Source of the DNA: a virus
DNA: 64,000 nt
IMG/VR virus record: IMGVR_UViG_3300035698_026482
Location: 118,841 to 182,840 of that record
Reading direction: 5' to 3' (one strand)
The notes beneath the pieces are model-generated. The model was given only the letters and a program-made list of their open reading frames with translations. It made no database searches and was not told where the DNA came from. Both the position numbers and the translations under genes were made by a program. Shown piece by piece: positions 20,689 to 31,307 of the stretch. Within the stretch, counting starts at the first letter, position 1; every line of letters begins with the position of its first letter.

Positions 20689-21449
20689 GACGTCCAGCCG
20701 GCATCGACAGCTATATCCTGACCTGTGATATAAGACCCCAAACTTGTTGCCAATAGCATAATTACACCTTTTATCTCTTCGGGTTGGCCGACACGACCTA
20801 GCATCGTTCGATTATTCAACTCTTTCTCAAACCAACCTTTTCCGTCAAGTGACCCAGGTCGAGAAAACGGTCCAGGACTAATTGAATTACAGCGTATGTT
20901 TTTATGTCCCAAATGCGCGGCAAGCCACTTTGACGCCTGTATCAAAGCGGCCTTGCTTGCGCCATATTCAAGCGCGTTGCCACCAGAACCCTTATACATT
21001 TTTGGATCTGGTGACACTTTTCCATACATCGACGCTACATTAATAATGCTGCCGCCGATCGACATATGCTGCGCTGCGATCTCCTTCGTCAGGTATAATT
21101 GGCCGACGACGTTGTTACTGAATGATGTATCTATATCATCCCATGATGCTTTCATGAAATCATGCTGTTTTGGCCAGGCGCACATATTGTTGATTAAAAC
21201 GTCAACATGCCCAAGGTGTAATACTAGCTCATCAATGGATTCGTGATCAGTAATGTCGGCCTCGATTGTTGAAATATGACCAGCCATTTCTGTACCAGCG
21301 AATAATTCAGATTGTCCACGAGAAACAACAGTAACGCTAGCACCGAGTTCGACGAGCGCATCCGTCATAGCATGTCCAAGCCACCCCTGTCCGCCCGTAA
21401 CAACAGCGTGTTTACCATCCAGATTCATCATTTCAGAAATTGATTTCAT
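20682..21449 (-). CDS. Short-chain dehydrogenase/reductase
   Basis: VVTGGQGWLG; YGASK; NSISPGPF; ITGQDIAVDAGW. Confidence 0.92.
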   Translation of the reverse strand: MKSISEMMNLDGKHAVVTGGQGWLGHAMTDALVELGASVTVVSRGQSELFAGTEMAGHISTIEADITDHESIDELVLHLGHVDVLINNMCAWPKQHDFMKASWDDIDTSFSNNVVGQLYLTKEIAAQHMSIGGSIINVASMYGKVSPDPKMYKGSGGNALEYGASKAALIQASKWLAAHLGHKNIRCNSISPGPFSRPGSLDGKGWFEKELNNRTMLGRVGQPEEIKGVIMLLATSLGSYITGQDIAVDAGWTSW

Positions 21450-22263
21450 TGAGAATGCCTTCTACTATTCTTTTGTTTTGTTTAAAAACGTTAATGTCAG
21501 TTACGCCGCGTATGCGAGCAGTTTGAAAGGTCACACGATCAACACCAGACGTTTTTATCACACGGGATATTACCCCAAGGTCTAAATCTCCCGTGCCAAG
21601 AGGGACGCTTGTGCCGCCTCTGAGAGCATCCTTTATATGCACATTGGTAACGCGTTCACCATACTCAGATATATGCGCATCGATATCATGACCAAGTCTG
21701 GTCAAGTTTCCTGTATCTAAAGTAGCTGATGCTTTACAGAATTTATCCATATTATTGAGGGTTTCTGCAACCTCTTTTGGCCGTAAATCTGTTTCGATAG
21801 AAAATTCTACGTTAGCATGATCAGTGTACTTAAGAATCGTTTCCAACCCGTTTAATACTTCATCTCGCTTAAAGGGAAGTCGAATCGATGCTTCCTCCAA
21901 GAATGGAAGTATGATACGGTTAATGCCAAGAAATTGACACTTGCGTATAAGCTCTTCAATAATATTTCTATGATCTTCAATGTGAAAGCCGCCTTGATGT
22001 CCTAGAAAAGTATCCATGCACACACCAGATATTTCAACATTAAATTGTTGACGTAGGTACGCAACATCATGAAGCCCAAATTTCATAAGTGGGTTACAAT
22101 CGCCATACATCAGATCACTTTTATTCGTAAGAATCCATTCAATATGGGTACATTGAACTTGTGATGCTAAATCAAATTCATTAAGATAATCCTTTTCAGG
22201 AAAACGCTGAATGAATTCACCAACCTGCGGGACTAGACGTCCCTGTACTATTCCATAGTTCAT
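21433..22263 (-). CDS. Sugar phosphate isomerase/epimerase (AP2/xylose-isomerase-like TIM barrel)
   Basis: GIVQGRL; SIETD; LDTGN; VHIKD; VPLGTGDLD. Confidence 0.8.
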   Translation of the reverse strand: MNYGIVQGRLVPQVGEFIQRFPEKDYLNEFDLASQVQCTHIEWILTNKSDLMYGDCNPLMKFGLHDVAYLRQQFNVEISGVCMDTFLGHQGGFHIEDHRNIIEELIRKCQFLGINRIILPFLEEASIRLPFKRDEVLNGLETILKYTDHANVEFSIETDLRPKEVAETLNNMDKFCKASATLDTGNLTRLGHDIDAHISEYGERVTNVHIKDALRGGTSVPLGTGDLDLGVISRVIKTSGVDRVTFQTARIRGVTDINVFKQNKRIVEGILNEINF

Positions 22264-22850
22264 CGCTTTCGAGCAATCGCAGTCGCATATCCCAAGCGAC
22301 CGGCTTGTCCGGGGTGGGGTTTTGCAATAATGTCAACTTGGCCAAATCCACGAGCTTGTAATAGCTCAACAAATTCGCCTAGTTGAAATTCGCATAAGTG
22401 TTGTTTTGTAATTGGGCTTGGTCCCGTAGTCTTGCAATATGGCGTTGTTACGATGAACAATCCGTTGTACTTCAAATGTGTGCGCATATTTTCGAGATAT
22501 GGGTAAATGCCGTCATCGGATAATGGCATATGCTCAATCGTCTCAACGCTTACAATTTTGTCCTTGAGGTCTCCTCCCCACTTCTTTGATAAATCCTGTT
22601 GACGAAAAAGGATTCTATCATTTGCGTAATTTGCATTTGCATATTCTAATGCGTCTAATGACATGTCCAATCCTACAACTGATTTGCAGTGTTCAACTAA
22701 AATATTTGATCCATATCCAACGCCACATGCCGCGTCAAGAATATCATCGCCTGGCTCAAGATATTTTGAGGCAGTGACATATCGCATTACATGGCGTAAA
22801 TGTGTTGGAGTGATAAACTCGGTGCCAGTTTCTGTCTCATGTGATTTCAT
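22260..22850 (-). CDS. Class I SAM-dependent methyltransferase
   Basis: ILDAACGVGYGS; VGLDMS; SVETIEH; GLFIVTTP. Confidence 0.88.
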   Translation of the reverse strand: MKSHETETGTEFITPTHLRHVMRYVTASKYLEPGDDILDAACGVGYGSNILVEHCKSVVGLDMSLDALEYANANYANDRILFRQQDLSKKWGGDLKDKIVSVETIEHMPLSDDGIYPYLENMRTHLKYNGLFIVTTPYCKTTGPSPITKQHLCEFQLGEFVELLQARGFGQVDIIAKPHPGQAGRLGYATAIARKR

Positions 22851-23593
22851 TGAAGCGTCCATCCTCCGTCGACGACAATGTTGGCGCCAACCATATACCT
22901 GTTACGTTCATTAAGAAGCATCTCCAGGGGTGGCATAAGATCTTCCGTATTACACATACGCCCGGCTGGCGCGTGATTACTATAGATTTTATGAAATGCC
23001 TCTGACTGATCGGCCTTAACACCACCGGGGGAAATGCAGTTAACACGCATATCGGGATCAAGGTGGATCAGGTGTGTTGCCAAAATACGAGACATATGAA
23101 TAACAGCGGCCTTGGACGTTGAATAGCCACAATTTTTGTGGTTACCATCATACATGTCAGTGCGGGCGGTTACGATGCCTGTGGATGCGCCGAAGTTGAT
23201 AATGTTGCCGCCTTGACCTAAGCGTGATCTGGCGTATTCCTTGCAAACCATGAACATTGCGGACACATTTACATCCATACACGATTTAAAGTCTTCATAG
23301 GACTGATCCAAAATGCTACCACGCTTTTCTCCTGACTTAACATGATCATTCCATGCAAAGCAGTTGATGATAGCTTCAAAGTCATTGTCTGCAAATATTT
23401 TTTTGACCGTCGATTCATCAGTCAAATCATGTCCACGAGACAAATCAAAACGACTAATAGCGAAGTAGGGACAATCCCAAGAATATCCATCTAGCTCCAG
23501 GCCATTGAAGTGTCTATAAATTGCCTTACCGATAAGGCCTTCGCTGCCTAGCAGTGCTATTTTACGTTCATTACTCAATGGTTTCTCTTCCAA
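22847..23593 (-). CDS. Short-chain dehydrogenase/reductase
   Basis: ALLGSEGLIG; YSTSK; VNCISPGGV; GANIVVDGGW. Confidence 0.9.
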   Translation of the reverse strand: MEEKPLSNERKIALLGSEGLIGKAIYRHFNGLELDGYSWDCPYFAISRFDLSRGHDLTDESTVKKIFADNDFEAIINCFAWNDHVKSGEKRGSILDQSYEDFKSCMDVNVSAMFMVCKEYARSRLGQGGNIINFGASTGIVTARTDMYDGNHKNCGYSTSKAAVIHMSRILATHLIHLDPDMRVNCISPGGVKADQSEAFHKIYSNHAPAGRMCNTEDLMPPLEMLLNERNRYMVGANIVVDGGWTLQ

Positions 23594-24576
23594 TCTCTGA
23601 TCTGGCTAATGAAGTCGAACTCTTCAAATCGATCACAGTATTCACGAGTAATATGCGTATTCCATCGCTTAACAATTTCGCCAGTTGTCCAGCCGAGACC
23701 TTGTTTATTTAGTTTGCCTGATCCGAATTCTTGGCCGTTTAGCTTATTACATGGCAAAAGATTATTGAACGTGCCAGTAAACATAGCCTCATCCATTTCA
23801 AGAATATCGTATGGATCTAAGTTCTTTTCGATAACCTCAATCTCGTCCCACCCTTCAATATCTTCGTTTGCAGGACAAAGCTCATCGATGATGAACTGCA
23901 TGCTGCATCCGCGAAGCATGTTGCGACGTGCGGGCACGATGAGATTAAAATCCTTCACCATGAGGCAATCGGCGCCAGCGCTTCCACATACGAATCCCTG
24001 ATCATCAAGCATCAATGGAATAGCCTTGGGGCCATGTGACTTCATCTCGAGATTGGCCAGCATGTAGTGCATACGGCTTCTATTCTTGACCTTTGCTTCA
24101 AGATACTGAGATGGGATTTGGCGTTGCGTGGTAATGCGTGCGTCTGCTGGTTCATCGTAGAAATGGGCCAATGTCTTGGTGGTCTTACTAAGTGGCCAAA
24201 TGTTGATAATCCATGTGGGCTGATTCCAATTGTCGCCGTCCTCAAGCTCGAACACCTCTTTATAGATGCCAAGAGGTCCACGTGACACGTTAATCATAAA
24301 GCGGTATTCTTCCCATGATGGTAACGGATTACGCTTGATGGCTTCATCACATAAACCCCTGACTTCTTGTTTAGTCTTAGTGATTGGAATTTGCATGTAC
24401 TTCATGCTTGTCCACAATCGATCGATGTGCTCGTCAAGAAGGAAGTGCTTATGATTGAACGTGCGATGCATCTCGAATACAGCGTCGCCAAACATCACGT
24501 GACTATCATAAATGTGGATGCTTGCCTGCGCCTCGGGCAACCATTTTCCATTTTTATATGTGTATCGATCGCTCAT
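23575..24576 (-). CDS. Aminotransferase class IV (PLP fold IV)
   Basis: IHIYDSHVMFGDAVFE; KVKNRSRMHY; LMLDDQGFV; LRGCS; MFTGT. Confidence 0.85.
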   Translation of the reverse strand: MSDRYTYKNGKWLPEAQASIHIYDSHVMFGDAVFEMHRTFNHKHFLLDEHIDRLWTSMKYMQIPITKTKQEVRGLCDEAIKRNPLPSWEEYRFMINVSRGPLGIYKEVFELEDGDNWNQPTWIINIWPLSKTTKTLAHFYDEPADARITTQRQIPSQYLEAKVKNRSRMHYMLANLEMKSHGPKAIPLMLDDQGFVCGSAGADCLMVKDFNLIVPARRNMLRGCSMQFIIDELCPANEDIEGWDEIEVIEKNLDPYDILEMDEAMFTGTFNNLLPCNKLNGQEFGSGKLNKQGLGWTTGEIVKRWNTHITREYCDRFEEFDFISQIRDWKRNH

Positions 24577-25292
24577 TGCTTTTCCTGACCTCTTTTCCAT
24601 TCCTCATTACGAAAGTCATTGATTTTTCTTAGGCCTGGCGCGCGTTCAAAAAAATTTACTACATCGTCGCGGGCACAATCAAATTTTAAATTCTTCGCTA
24701 CCGTTCTTAGTAGCCAATAATCCTCTTCATAATCTAATGTTAATCTTAGCAGATGTTCAGATGCACGTAGACGGGGGGCAATAAATTGCGACGTAATAAT
24801 TGACGAATCAAAAAAATGCCATATCATTTCTGTGTTCGAAGATTGTTTCGTTTTGCATGATTTATCAATTGCAGAGCGGCGTAGCGCCCACCCATGTGAA
24901 CCAAGATATGCGTTCATATCAGGCTTGACTACCTCGACGTCGCGTAAGGAGAAATATGCAAGCTTGCTTAACTCGTTATCGAAAAATGGATCATCACAAT
25001 CAACAGTGACAAATTTATCGATATTAAATTCGTTACATGTGTCGCGCCATCGTAATAATTTGTCTTCCACGTGTCCTGCATGACACATAATGTCATGCTT
25101 TTTTGCTATTTGTCTAATTGCGGCATCAGCGTCAAGATGCGTTGTTGAAATAACTGGCGTCATTCCAAATGTTTTTACCCGATTAATGACGTGTTCTAGA
25201 ACAGTTTTCTCATAAAATGAAAGTAAGCACTTATTCGGTAATCTGCTTGAGCCAGTTCTAACTGTAATCATTGCATAAATTTGTTCAGACAA
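24573..25292 (-). CDS. Cytidylyltransferase (NeuA/SpsF/KdsB family)
   Basis: ITVRTGSSRLPNKCL; RLTLDYEEDY. Confidence 0.88.
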   Translation of the reverse strand: MSEQIYAMITVRTGSSRLPNKCLLSFYEKTVLEHVINRVKTFGMTPVISTTHLDADAAIRQIAKKHDIMCHAGHVEDKLLRWRDTCNEFNIDKFVTVDCDDPFFDNELSKLAYFSLRDVEVVKPDMNAYLGSHGWALRRSAIDKSCKTKQSSNTEMIWHFFDSSIITSQFIAPRLRASEHLLRLTLDYEEDYWLLRTVAKNLKFDCARDDVVNFFERAPGLRKINDFRNEEWKRGQEKQ

Positions 25293-26265
25293 ATAAGCTC
25301 CTTACAAAATCATCAATCTCTGATGAACGTTGTTGCAGGTCTGTGATGGTTGCGTTGTCAACAGCGTCTGCGATATTGCTCGGCGTTGGTTCTGACAAGT
25401 GCACATAATTCATTGTATCAGGATGCTTGAAGCAGGTGAAACGCCTATCGTTGTATAGCACGTCAGCGTTGACATAGTATAATCCCATCGGAACTATATC
25501 TGTATATGCCGAGGAGCCAAATCCGACTGTTGCAACGGCCGATAATGGAATTGCTATGGGTTCAGCTGGATACCACGACTCGTCGTAAATTGTTCTGCAG
25601 TTTTTGTGTGTGACGCTTTGCCATTTTCTGCGCTGTTTAACAATAACGCTATACCCTCTATTGATTAGCTCATCAATCGTATTATTCGCCAGGGTCGTGT
25701 GACCTTGATCTGGATATAGAACAAATACAACAGGATTTTTTTCAGTATTAGTTAACTCAGAACCAAAATTAAGCGACTCAGAAAGGGACCAAAAGGGGAC
25801 AGGTACAGGCGGCACATAAACTTGTCCATATTCCCTACAAGTTTTCGCCAATGGTTCATTACAGATATATCCATCAAAGTTTGTATTTTTTAACTTAGGT
25901 CCCAAGCCGGCGGCGCTGTCAAAACCATGTGCAATGGCGTAATGCTTCGCTCGCCAGACATCGACATTTGAAGTTTCTACAGAAAATAATGCGTCGAATG
26001 CATTTGATAATATTATCGCTTTGTTAGAAGCAACTGATCTAATGTAGGGGCGAAGCGCAAGTATCTCATCATAACGCGTCCTATTTTTCGAAACAGCGTT
26101 ATACTTTGTGCAGTTTTCATTGTGGAAAAAATGTATATCAGCATCGGGATACACGCGTTTAATAACATCTACTACAGGTATAAGGTACCGAAGGTGTGTC
26201 ATTCCTGCGATGTCAAACGCAACGGCGCCCAGAGACAAAGCAGTGCTTGTATTTTGTATTTCCAT
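25285..26265 (-). CDS. Hypothetical, possibly divergent glycosyl/sialyltransferase
   Basis: ORF downstream-context of CMP-sugar genes; GT-B-like spacing (IVKQR...TVGFGSSA). Confidence 0.45.
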   Translation of the reverse strand: MEIQNTSTALSLGAVAFDIAGMTHLRYLIPVVDVIKRVYPDADIHFFHNENCTKYNAVSKNRTRYDEILALRPYIRSVASNKAIILSNAFDALFSVETSNVDVWRAKHYAIAHGFDSAAGLGPKLKNTNFDGYICNEPLAKTCREYGQVYVPPVPVPFWSLSESLNFGSELTNTEKNPVVFVLYPDQGHTTLANNTIDELINRGYSVIVKQRRKWQSVTHKNCRTIYDESWYPAEPIAIPLSAVATVGFGSSAYTDIVPMGLYYVNADVLYNDRRFTCFKHPDTMNYVHLSEPTPSNIADAVDNATITDLQQRSSEIDDFVRSLFV

Positions 26266-26848
26266 ATGACACCAGGTCGTATCTGTTTTCTAACGTGCTA
26301 ATAACATCATCAAATTTCTTGTTGGGACAAAGGCCGTTATGCACTTCCATTACAAACGATTCTATATTATCGAATGCTGGAGCGTCGATTAATTCATACT
26401 CGGCGCCTTCGATATTGATCTTTGCAAAATCAACGTCCTTAAGAATATCATCAAACGGAAAAACGTCGACGATTATCGCGGACGGGTCGCCATAGCGACC
26501 ATTGCGATCGGAAAACATGTTCGTTGATTGATTATCGTCATTAGATAGCGTAATCATTTGGCATTTACCTGATACGGTGCCTAATATGCCCGGAACATGT
26601 TGAATTGTACGTTCAGGATATGCTTGAATTATCTTTTCAATTTCTGGAAAACATGCCGTATGTGGCTCAACAAAAATATAATGTGCATCTGGGAAGTTTT
26701 TTCCAAATGCGCCATATCCCTCGCCGAGCCTTGCGCCAAGGTCAACTATTTTCTTTGGCACACGCTTATCTACGTTGTCCTCAATGGAGGACATGCATAA
26801 TTCATAAATTTTACAATTAGTTAGTGAGCTGTGACCGAGATATGCCAT
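26213..26848 (-). CDS. FkbM-family methyltransferase
   Basis: IVDLGARLG; FVEP; FAKINIEGAEY; VMEVH. Confidence 0.85.
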   Translation of the reverse strand: MAYLGHSSLTNCKIYELCMSSIEDNVDKRVPKKIVDLGARLGEGYGAFGKNFPDAHYIFVEPHTACFPEIEKIIQAYPERTIQHVPGILGTVSGKCQMITLSNDDNQSTNMFSDRNGRYGDPSAIIVDVFPFDDILKDVDFAKINIEGAEYELIDAPAFDNIESFVMEVHNGLCPNKKFDDVISTLENRYDLVSYGNTKYKHCFVSGRRCV

Positions 26849-26851
26849 GTG

Positions 26852-27499
26852 CTAATTCTTCACATAAGTTGTTGAGATGTATAACTGAGGCGCTTCTGGC
26901 CATAAGAATAGCAATGATACGGCAGTTGGCTTCAATTGTTGTGGGGTTAGTATTTGTGGCACTTCTGCGCCGATAATACTCGTCAATGTCTGCTCATCGT
27001 CGTAGCCGAATTTCGAAATATGCTCGCGAAATTGTACGCTTTCTGGCGCAAATTCGAATGATGGATCCCAAAACGTAGACCATAACTTGGACGTGTGTGA
27101 ACCATACTCAACAACCTCGTGATGTCCATGACGTTGCCACCCAACCTTGTACGGCTCTTGCCGCCAATGGTCGCCTAGACCCCAATCGACAAAAACAGTT
27201 CCGCCCGGCCTAACCAATTCTAAACATTGGGCTATAAACCGGGCGGGATTTTCAGCAAAATATGGACATCTTGTGCAAACAACTAAATCCGCAAGCCCCC
27301 TTGGGATCTGCCAATTGTCATCATTTATTTGCCAATTATCTAGTGATAAATCATAATATTGTTTATTCGACGCCTTAAAAAGTGATGCAAACGCATCCGG
27401 GCCCGACAAACCTAAAAATATCACATTTTGCGCATCAGTCAAATGGGTAGTCAGCTGGCGATGATACCAGGGTATCACATGCGCATTTGATTTACCCAT
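26852..27499 (-). CDS. Methyltransferase-like protein
   Basis: DLVVCTRCPYFAENP...LVRPGGTVFVD. Confidence 0.65.
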   Translation of the reverse strand: MGKSNAHVIPWYHRQLTTHLTDAQNVIFLGLSGPDAFASLFKASNKQYYDLSLDNWQINDDNWQIPRGLADLVVCTRCPYFAENPARFIAQCLELVRPGGTVFVDWGLGDHWRQEPYKVGWQRHGHHEVVEYGSHTSKLWSTFWDPSFEFAPESVQFREHISKFGYDDEQTLTSIIGAEVPQILTPQQLKPTAVSLLFLWPEAPQLYISTTYVKN

Positions 27500-27516
27500 T
27501 TGACTAGCACTTTTGA

Positions 27517-27723
27517 TTATTCGTTAATTTCGTAAAGACCGACGTTGTCTTTATCAAAAACCAAAAAAACCTTTTCGATATTGTTGGCCGCAGCAAGATG
27601 TTTTTGCAACCATTCGCCTGGAAGAAATCCAGACTTTGCAATGTCGGTGCCGTGGGCAAAAAGTTTAATACATCGCCCATTTGCATAGGCTTCGTTTGCG
27701 GTTTCTTTATCTAGCATAGCCAT
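27517..27723 (-). CDS. Small hypothetical protein
   Basis: 68-aa ORF filling operon gap. Confidence 0.5.
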   Translation of the reverse strand: MAMLDKETANEAYANGRCIKLFAHGTDIAKSGFLPGEWLQKHLAAANNIEKVFLVFDKDNVGLYEINE

Positions 27724-27727
27724 GATA

Positions 27728-28621
27728 TTATTTCTTTCGTTTGACGCCCGAAACTCTTTCCCAATCCCGACCCGGGCGAACCTCGAGATTTTTATTCCAA
27801 GCAGCTTCCATAACTGATGGTGTTACACCATTTGTTTTTGCAAGCTGAATAAATGCGCTTAAATCTTTTGGCAAACACATGCCGCCAAATCCATTCATCA
27901 TAGCGCCTTCTGGCGATGGCGATGGTCCTGGCACACGCCAGTGTTCCCATCCCATCCTGTCATCAAGTGTTGCAATTTCGATCATATCACTATACTCAAC
28001 GTTTAGTGCTTGACAAATTTGATACATTTCATTTGCGAATGAAACTTTCGTAGCGAAAAAGCAATTTTTGACATACTTTACAATTTCGGCTTCTTGGGCA
28101 GTACATTTGACAATTTTTGCGCCAGGAAGCAAGCGGGAAAAAAGTTCCCCTACTCGATCCTTTGCACTATCAGATTTGCCGCCGAGAACAACATGACTTT
28201 GTGTAATAAAGTCTTGATACGCCGATCTTGCATTTAAAAATTCTGGATTAAAGACGACCTCAATGTTCGCGTTTGCCGCGTCGAGCTTCTCGGTCGTTCC
28301 AGGTAAAATGGTTGATTTTACGACAATCGCAGGTTTGTCAGCATAGCGTTGTGATGATGCAAATTGATTGATCTCATCTAAAACGCTTTCGACAATGCTT
28401 GTGTCGCACGTATCATCCTCATTCATGGGCGTTGGCACACAAACGAAAATGACGTTACAGTTTTTTGATATCCACTCTAATGATTGTGTTGTACGATCAA
28501 CATTAAATTTATCGTACGTTTCTACCTCGAGTCCCGGAACGAGCTTTCTAAATGCACGACTAACGGAGCTTCCTACGAAGCCCTGTCCAATAACACCAAT
28601 GCGCCAGACGTCCACATCCAT
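27728..28621 (-). CDS. UDP-glucose/GDP-mannose dehydrogenase family
   Basis: GVIGQGFVG; IFVCVPTP; KSTILPGT; FNPEFL; KYVKNCFFATK; GFGGMCLPKD. Confidence 0.92.
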   Translation of the reverse strand: MDVDVWRIGVIGQGFVGSSVSRAFRKLVPGLEVETYDKFNVDRTTQSLEWISKNCNVIFVCVPTPMNEDDTCDTSIVESVLDEINQFASSQRYADKPAIVVKSTILPGTTEKLDAANANIEVVFNPEFLNARSAYQDFITQSHVVLGGKSDSAKDRVGELFSRLLPGAKIVKCTAQEAEIVKYVKNCFFATKVSFANEMYQICQALNVEYSDMIEIATLDDRMGWEHWRVPGPSPSPEGAMMNGFGGMCLPKDLSAFIQLAKTNGVTPSVMEAAWNKNLEVRPGRDWERVSGVKRKK

Positions 28622-28624
28622 ATC

Positions 28625-29395
28625 TTATACTAATTTCTTGACGTCGTGCACTGTAGAGCTACTTTTTTTTAAAAGATCGCCTATGAATGCAAACTCAACT
28701 GGATTGTTAGTAAGCCACAAAATAATCTCATCTGCAGCCTTAGGCGACAAATAACCGCCATCCCACGTACATGCGTGATATAACGCCTCAATATGTTCGT
28801 CTGGGCCAGCATCATTAAGATGTGTGTTTGGGGGCCACACGTTTGCATAAACAACATTGTTTACTGTTCGGTCTGCGCCCTCGTAACATGCGGTGTGATG
28901 TGGCATAGTTGAAAGAGCAAGAACGTCGAATGCTTGCGTCACGGGCGGATGCAGTATGGCGTCAGAGGTCATATACATTGCAGGAGGTCTAAGGATTGGT
29001 TTAAAAATGTCCTGTAATCCCGCATCTACAACGTCTTGGCACATATCTGAGTATAACGCGAGTAACTGAGGACCGTCGAGATGTCTTAATTCATCATTGT
29101 TTGAAAGCCCCGCAACACCATGATGGCGCCCATGAAATCCCACTTCAAAATTTGAAGCTGGTAATGTCTTAAGACGCCGACAAAATTCTGGATGTTCCTT
29201 GAGATACAGGGGCCTTTTATTGCGCGTATCTATTTTTCCGCCGGGCATCGTGCGCCAGTACGCCGTTGGTACGAATAGCGTAAATTTCGCCTGCGGAAAG
29301 CTGTCGATAATCTTAAAGCATTGATCAACAACGGCTATTGATGAAAGTGGATGCGGCGATACGTCGTCGATCGAAATATTGATTTTTCTAGACAC
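28625..29395 (-). CDS. Polysaccharide deacetylase-like protein
   Basis: ISIDDVSPH; FTLFVP; GFHGRHH; LRPPA. Confidence 0.75.
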   Translation of the reverse strand: MSRKINISIDDVSPHPLSSIAVVDQCFKIIDSFPQAKFTLFVPTAYWRTMPGGKIDTRNKRPLYLKEHPEFCRRLKTLPASNFEVGFHGRHHGVAGLSNNDELRHLDGPQLLALYSDMCQDVVDAGLQDIFKPILRPPAMYMTSDAILHPPVTQAFDVLALSTMPHHTACYEGADRTVNNVVYANVWPPNTHLNDAGPDEHIEALYHACTWDGGYLSPKAADEIILWLTNNPVEFAFIGDLLKKSSSTVHDVKKLV

Positions 29396-30354
29396 TATGT
29401 CGACAACAATCTTTCAAAAAAACGAATATAAGGTGCCATTCCTTGTGCACCGAAAAGCGAAATTACTCTATCGAAATTTGATCCCGTATCTGCATTCCTA
29501 ATCGCAGCTCTAAGACCCGCTAGCGGTTCGTCTTTCTCTTCGATTTTATAGATTGCGCCACCCTTATCATAAACGCCAAGTATACCTTGCGCATATCCAA
29601 CGGGCGTAGAAATTATAGGTGTCTGATTTGCTGCGCATTCGAAGATTGCTTGTGGACCGCCTTCGTGTCTGGATCCGACAACGTATAAATCTAACGTGTT
29701 ATATAGCTCATTAATTGTTTCAAAATCTGGGCGCTCGAAATATTTGTATGAAATACCCGCAGCATCCAGGCGCTTAATAACATACTGGCGACGCCATCCA
29801 GCTAACACAACTAGCAGACGTTTTTTCTTTTTTGCTAATTCTTCTACAACATCGCAGAATACATCTGGACCCTTTGCAAGCTTAGGCGTGATTAAATCGT
29901 GTCCCTCTGTGTCTCGTTGGAAACTACCGACCAAATACCCATTGTCTGGAAGTTCATGCTTTTTTCGACAATCAGATTTTGGTAGTGGTGACCAAAGGCG
30001 TTGGTTTACCCAAAACGGTTGAATAAACACAGGCTTTTTTGTAATTTCAGATACAGCAGCACCAGTTTGTCCACATGGCACATGATACCAATCTACGAAC
30101 TGATCTCTTGCAATAAATTCGCGTTGTGCATCTGGACCAAATTTATCTGGATCAATATGATGAACTGTGCAAACAACCTTTTTTTCCAGCAGGAGCTGCT
30201 GGGGCAAATGGTTCCAGCACCAGCCCGCAGCTAGCCAAATGATATCAGCTTCGCGCGGATCAGGTGTTGAAATTTCGCGATTAGCCTCGTACCATTCTTT
30301 AACGAATCGGTCGACGACCCAATCTTCATTTGGGCGTAATACAAAAATCTTCAT
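29395..30354 (-). CDS. Glycosyltransferase, GT4-like
   Basis: SRHEGGPQAIFECAANQTPIISTPVG. Confidence 0.88.
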   Translation of the reverse strand: MKIFVLRPNEDWVVDRFVKEWYEANREISTPDPREADIIWLAAGWCWNHLPQQLLLEKKVVCTVHHIDPDKFGPDAQREFIARDQFVDWYHVPCGQTGAAVSEITKKPVFIQPFWVNQRLWSPLPKSDCRKKHELPDNGYLVGSFQRDTEGHDLITPKLAKGPDVFCDVVEELAKKKKRLLVVLAGWRRQYVIKRLDAAGISYKYFERPDFETINELYNTLDLYVVGSRHEGGPQAIFECAANQTPIISTPVGYAQGILGVYDKGGAIYKIEEKDEPLAGLRAAIRNADTGSNFDRVISLFGAQGMAPYIRFFERLLST

Positions 30355-31307
30355 GATAAATCCTTTATATGAGCAAGAAACGCCAGATATCTTTCTGTTA
30401 CATTTCTAATATCGATATTGGATTCTATGCCATTTCGACGAGCTCGTTTAAAATTCAAGGTCGGAGGCTTATAAAGTTCAATTGGCTCTGGGGTCCATTC
30501 ATCTTCTTCAATAACAATAGCTTCTGGACCTGCAATTGAAGGAGAGCCGGAACACGATGCACAGACAATTTTACATCCTGCAGCTCTCGCATCCACGATA
30601 ACGTTTGGACAATTATCATGATACGCAAGGTGGACGAACGTTGATGCGCGCTTATAACAGGCGATTAATGTTGACCAGTTCAGCTCACCGACGTAGATTA
30701 CACGTTCATGATCAGAATATGGTCCACTGGCTGCACCGGCAACAATCATAACATCATTATCGTTGGCGAACTGTAAAAAATAGCGAATATTTGAAGTAAG
30801 ACGCTTGTGTGGGCGCCATGAGCTTGCACACATCCATACATCATCAAATGGGTCGAGGATCGGATCTTCTAATTTAGGAATGCTGGCGACTGCATCTAGA
30901 TTAACGCCGTTACCAATGATTGTAACTTGGGTTTCGGGTTTTGCATCAAAGAATGATTCAACCAGTTTTTTACTGAATGGTGATTGAAATATCACGCCTT
31001 TCGCATTATCGTACGTTTCTTTAATGCGTTGATTCTGGAGCCACCAATCGCCATATTGTGAGTCACTATTATAGTAAATGCCATCAAGACGTTGAACCAT
31101 CGGCACACTTTCAATTCTCACCATCGCCTCAATGAATGTTAGCTGTATATCAGGAGGCGCAAAGTTTACCTTATTACCCCCCCTTGACAACTCAATCGTA
31201 TTCATGACATCGTGTTGATCACGAATTAATTGCTCAGTGAGTTGTCTACCAAAACTATTTGGGCCGCTTGTTGAACCCAAATTTACGTTATCAAGTAATA
31301 GTCTCAT
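30351..31307 (-). CDS. Glycosyltransferase, GT4-like
   Basis: WRPHKRL; DNCPNVIVDARAAGCKIV. Confidence 0.85.
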   Translation of the reverse strand: MRLLLDNVNLGSTSGPNSFGRQLTEQLIRDQHDVMNTIELSRGGNKVNFAPPDIQLTFIEAMVRIESVPMVQRLDGIYYNSDSQYGDWWLQNQRIKETYDNAKGVIFQSPFSKKLVESFFDAKPETQVTIIGNGVNLDAVASIPKLEDPILDPFDDVWMCASSWRPHKRLTSNIRYFLQFANDNDVMIVAGAASGPYSDHERVIYVGELNWSTLIACYKRASTFVHLAYHDNCPNVIVDARAAGCKIVCASCSGSPSIAGPEAIVIEEDEWTPEPIELYKPPTLNFKRARRNGIESNIDIRNVTERYLAFLAHIKDLS

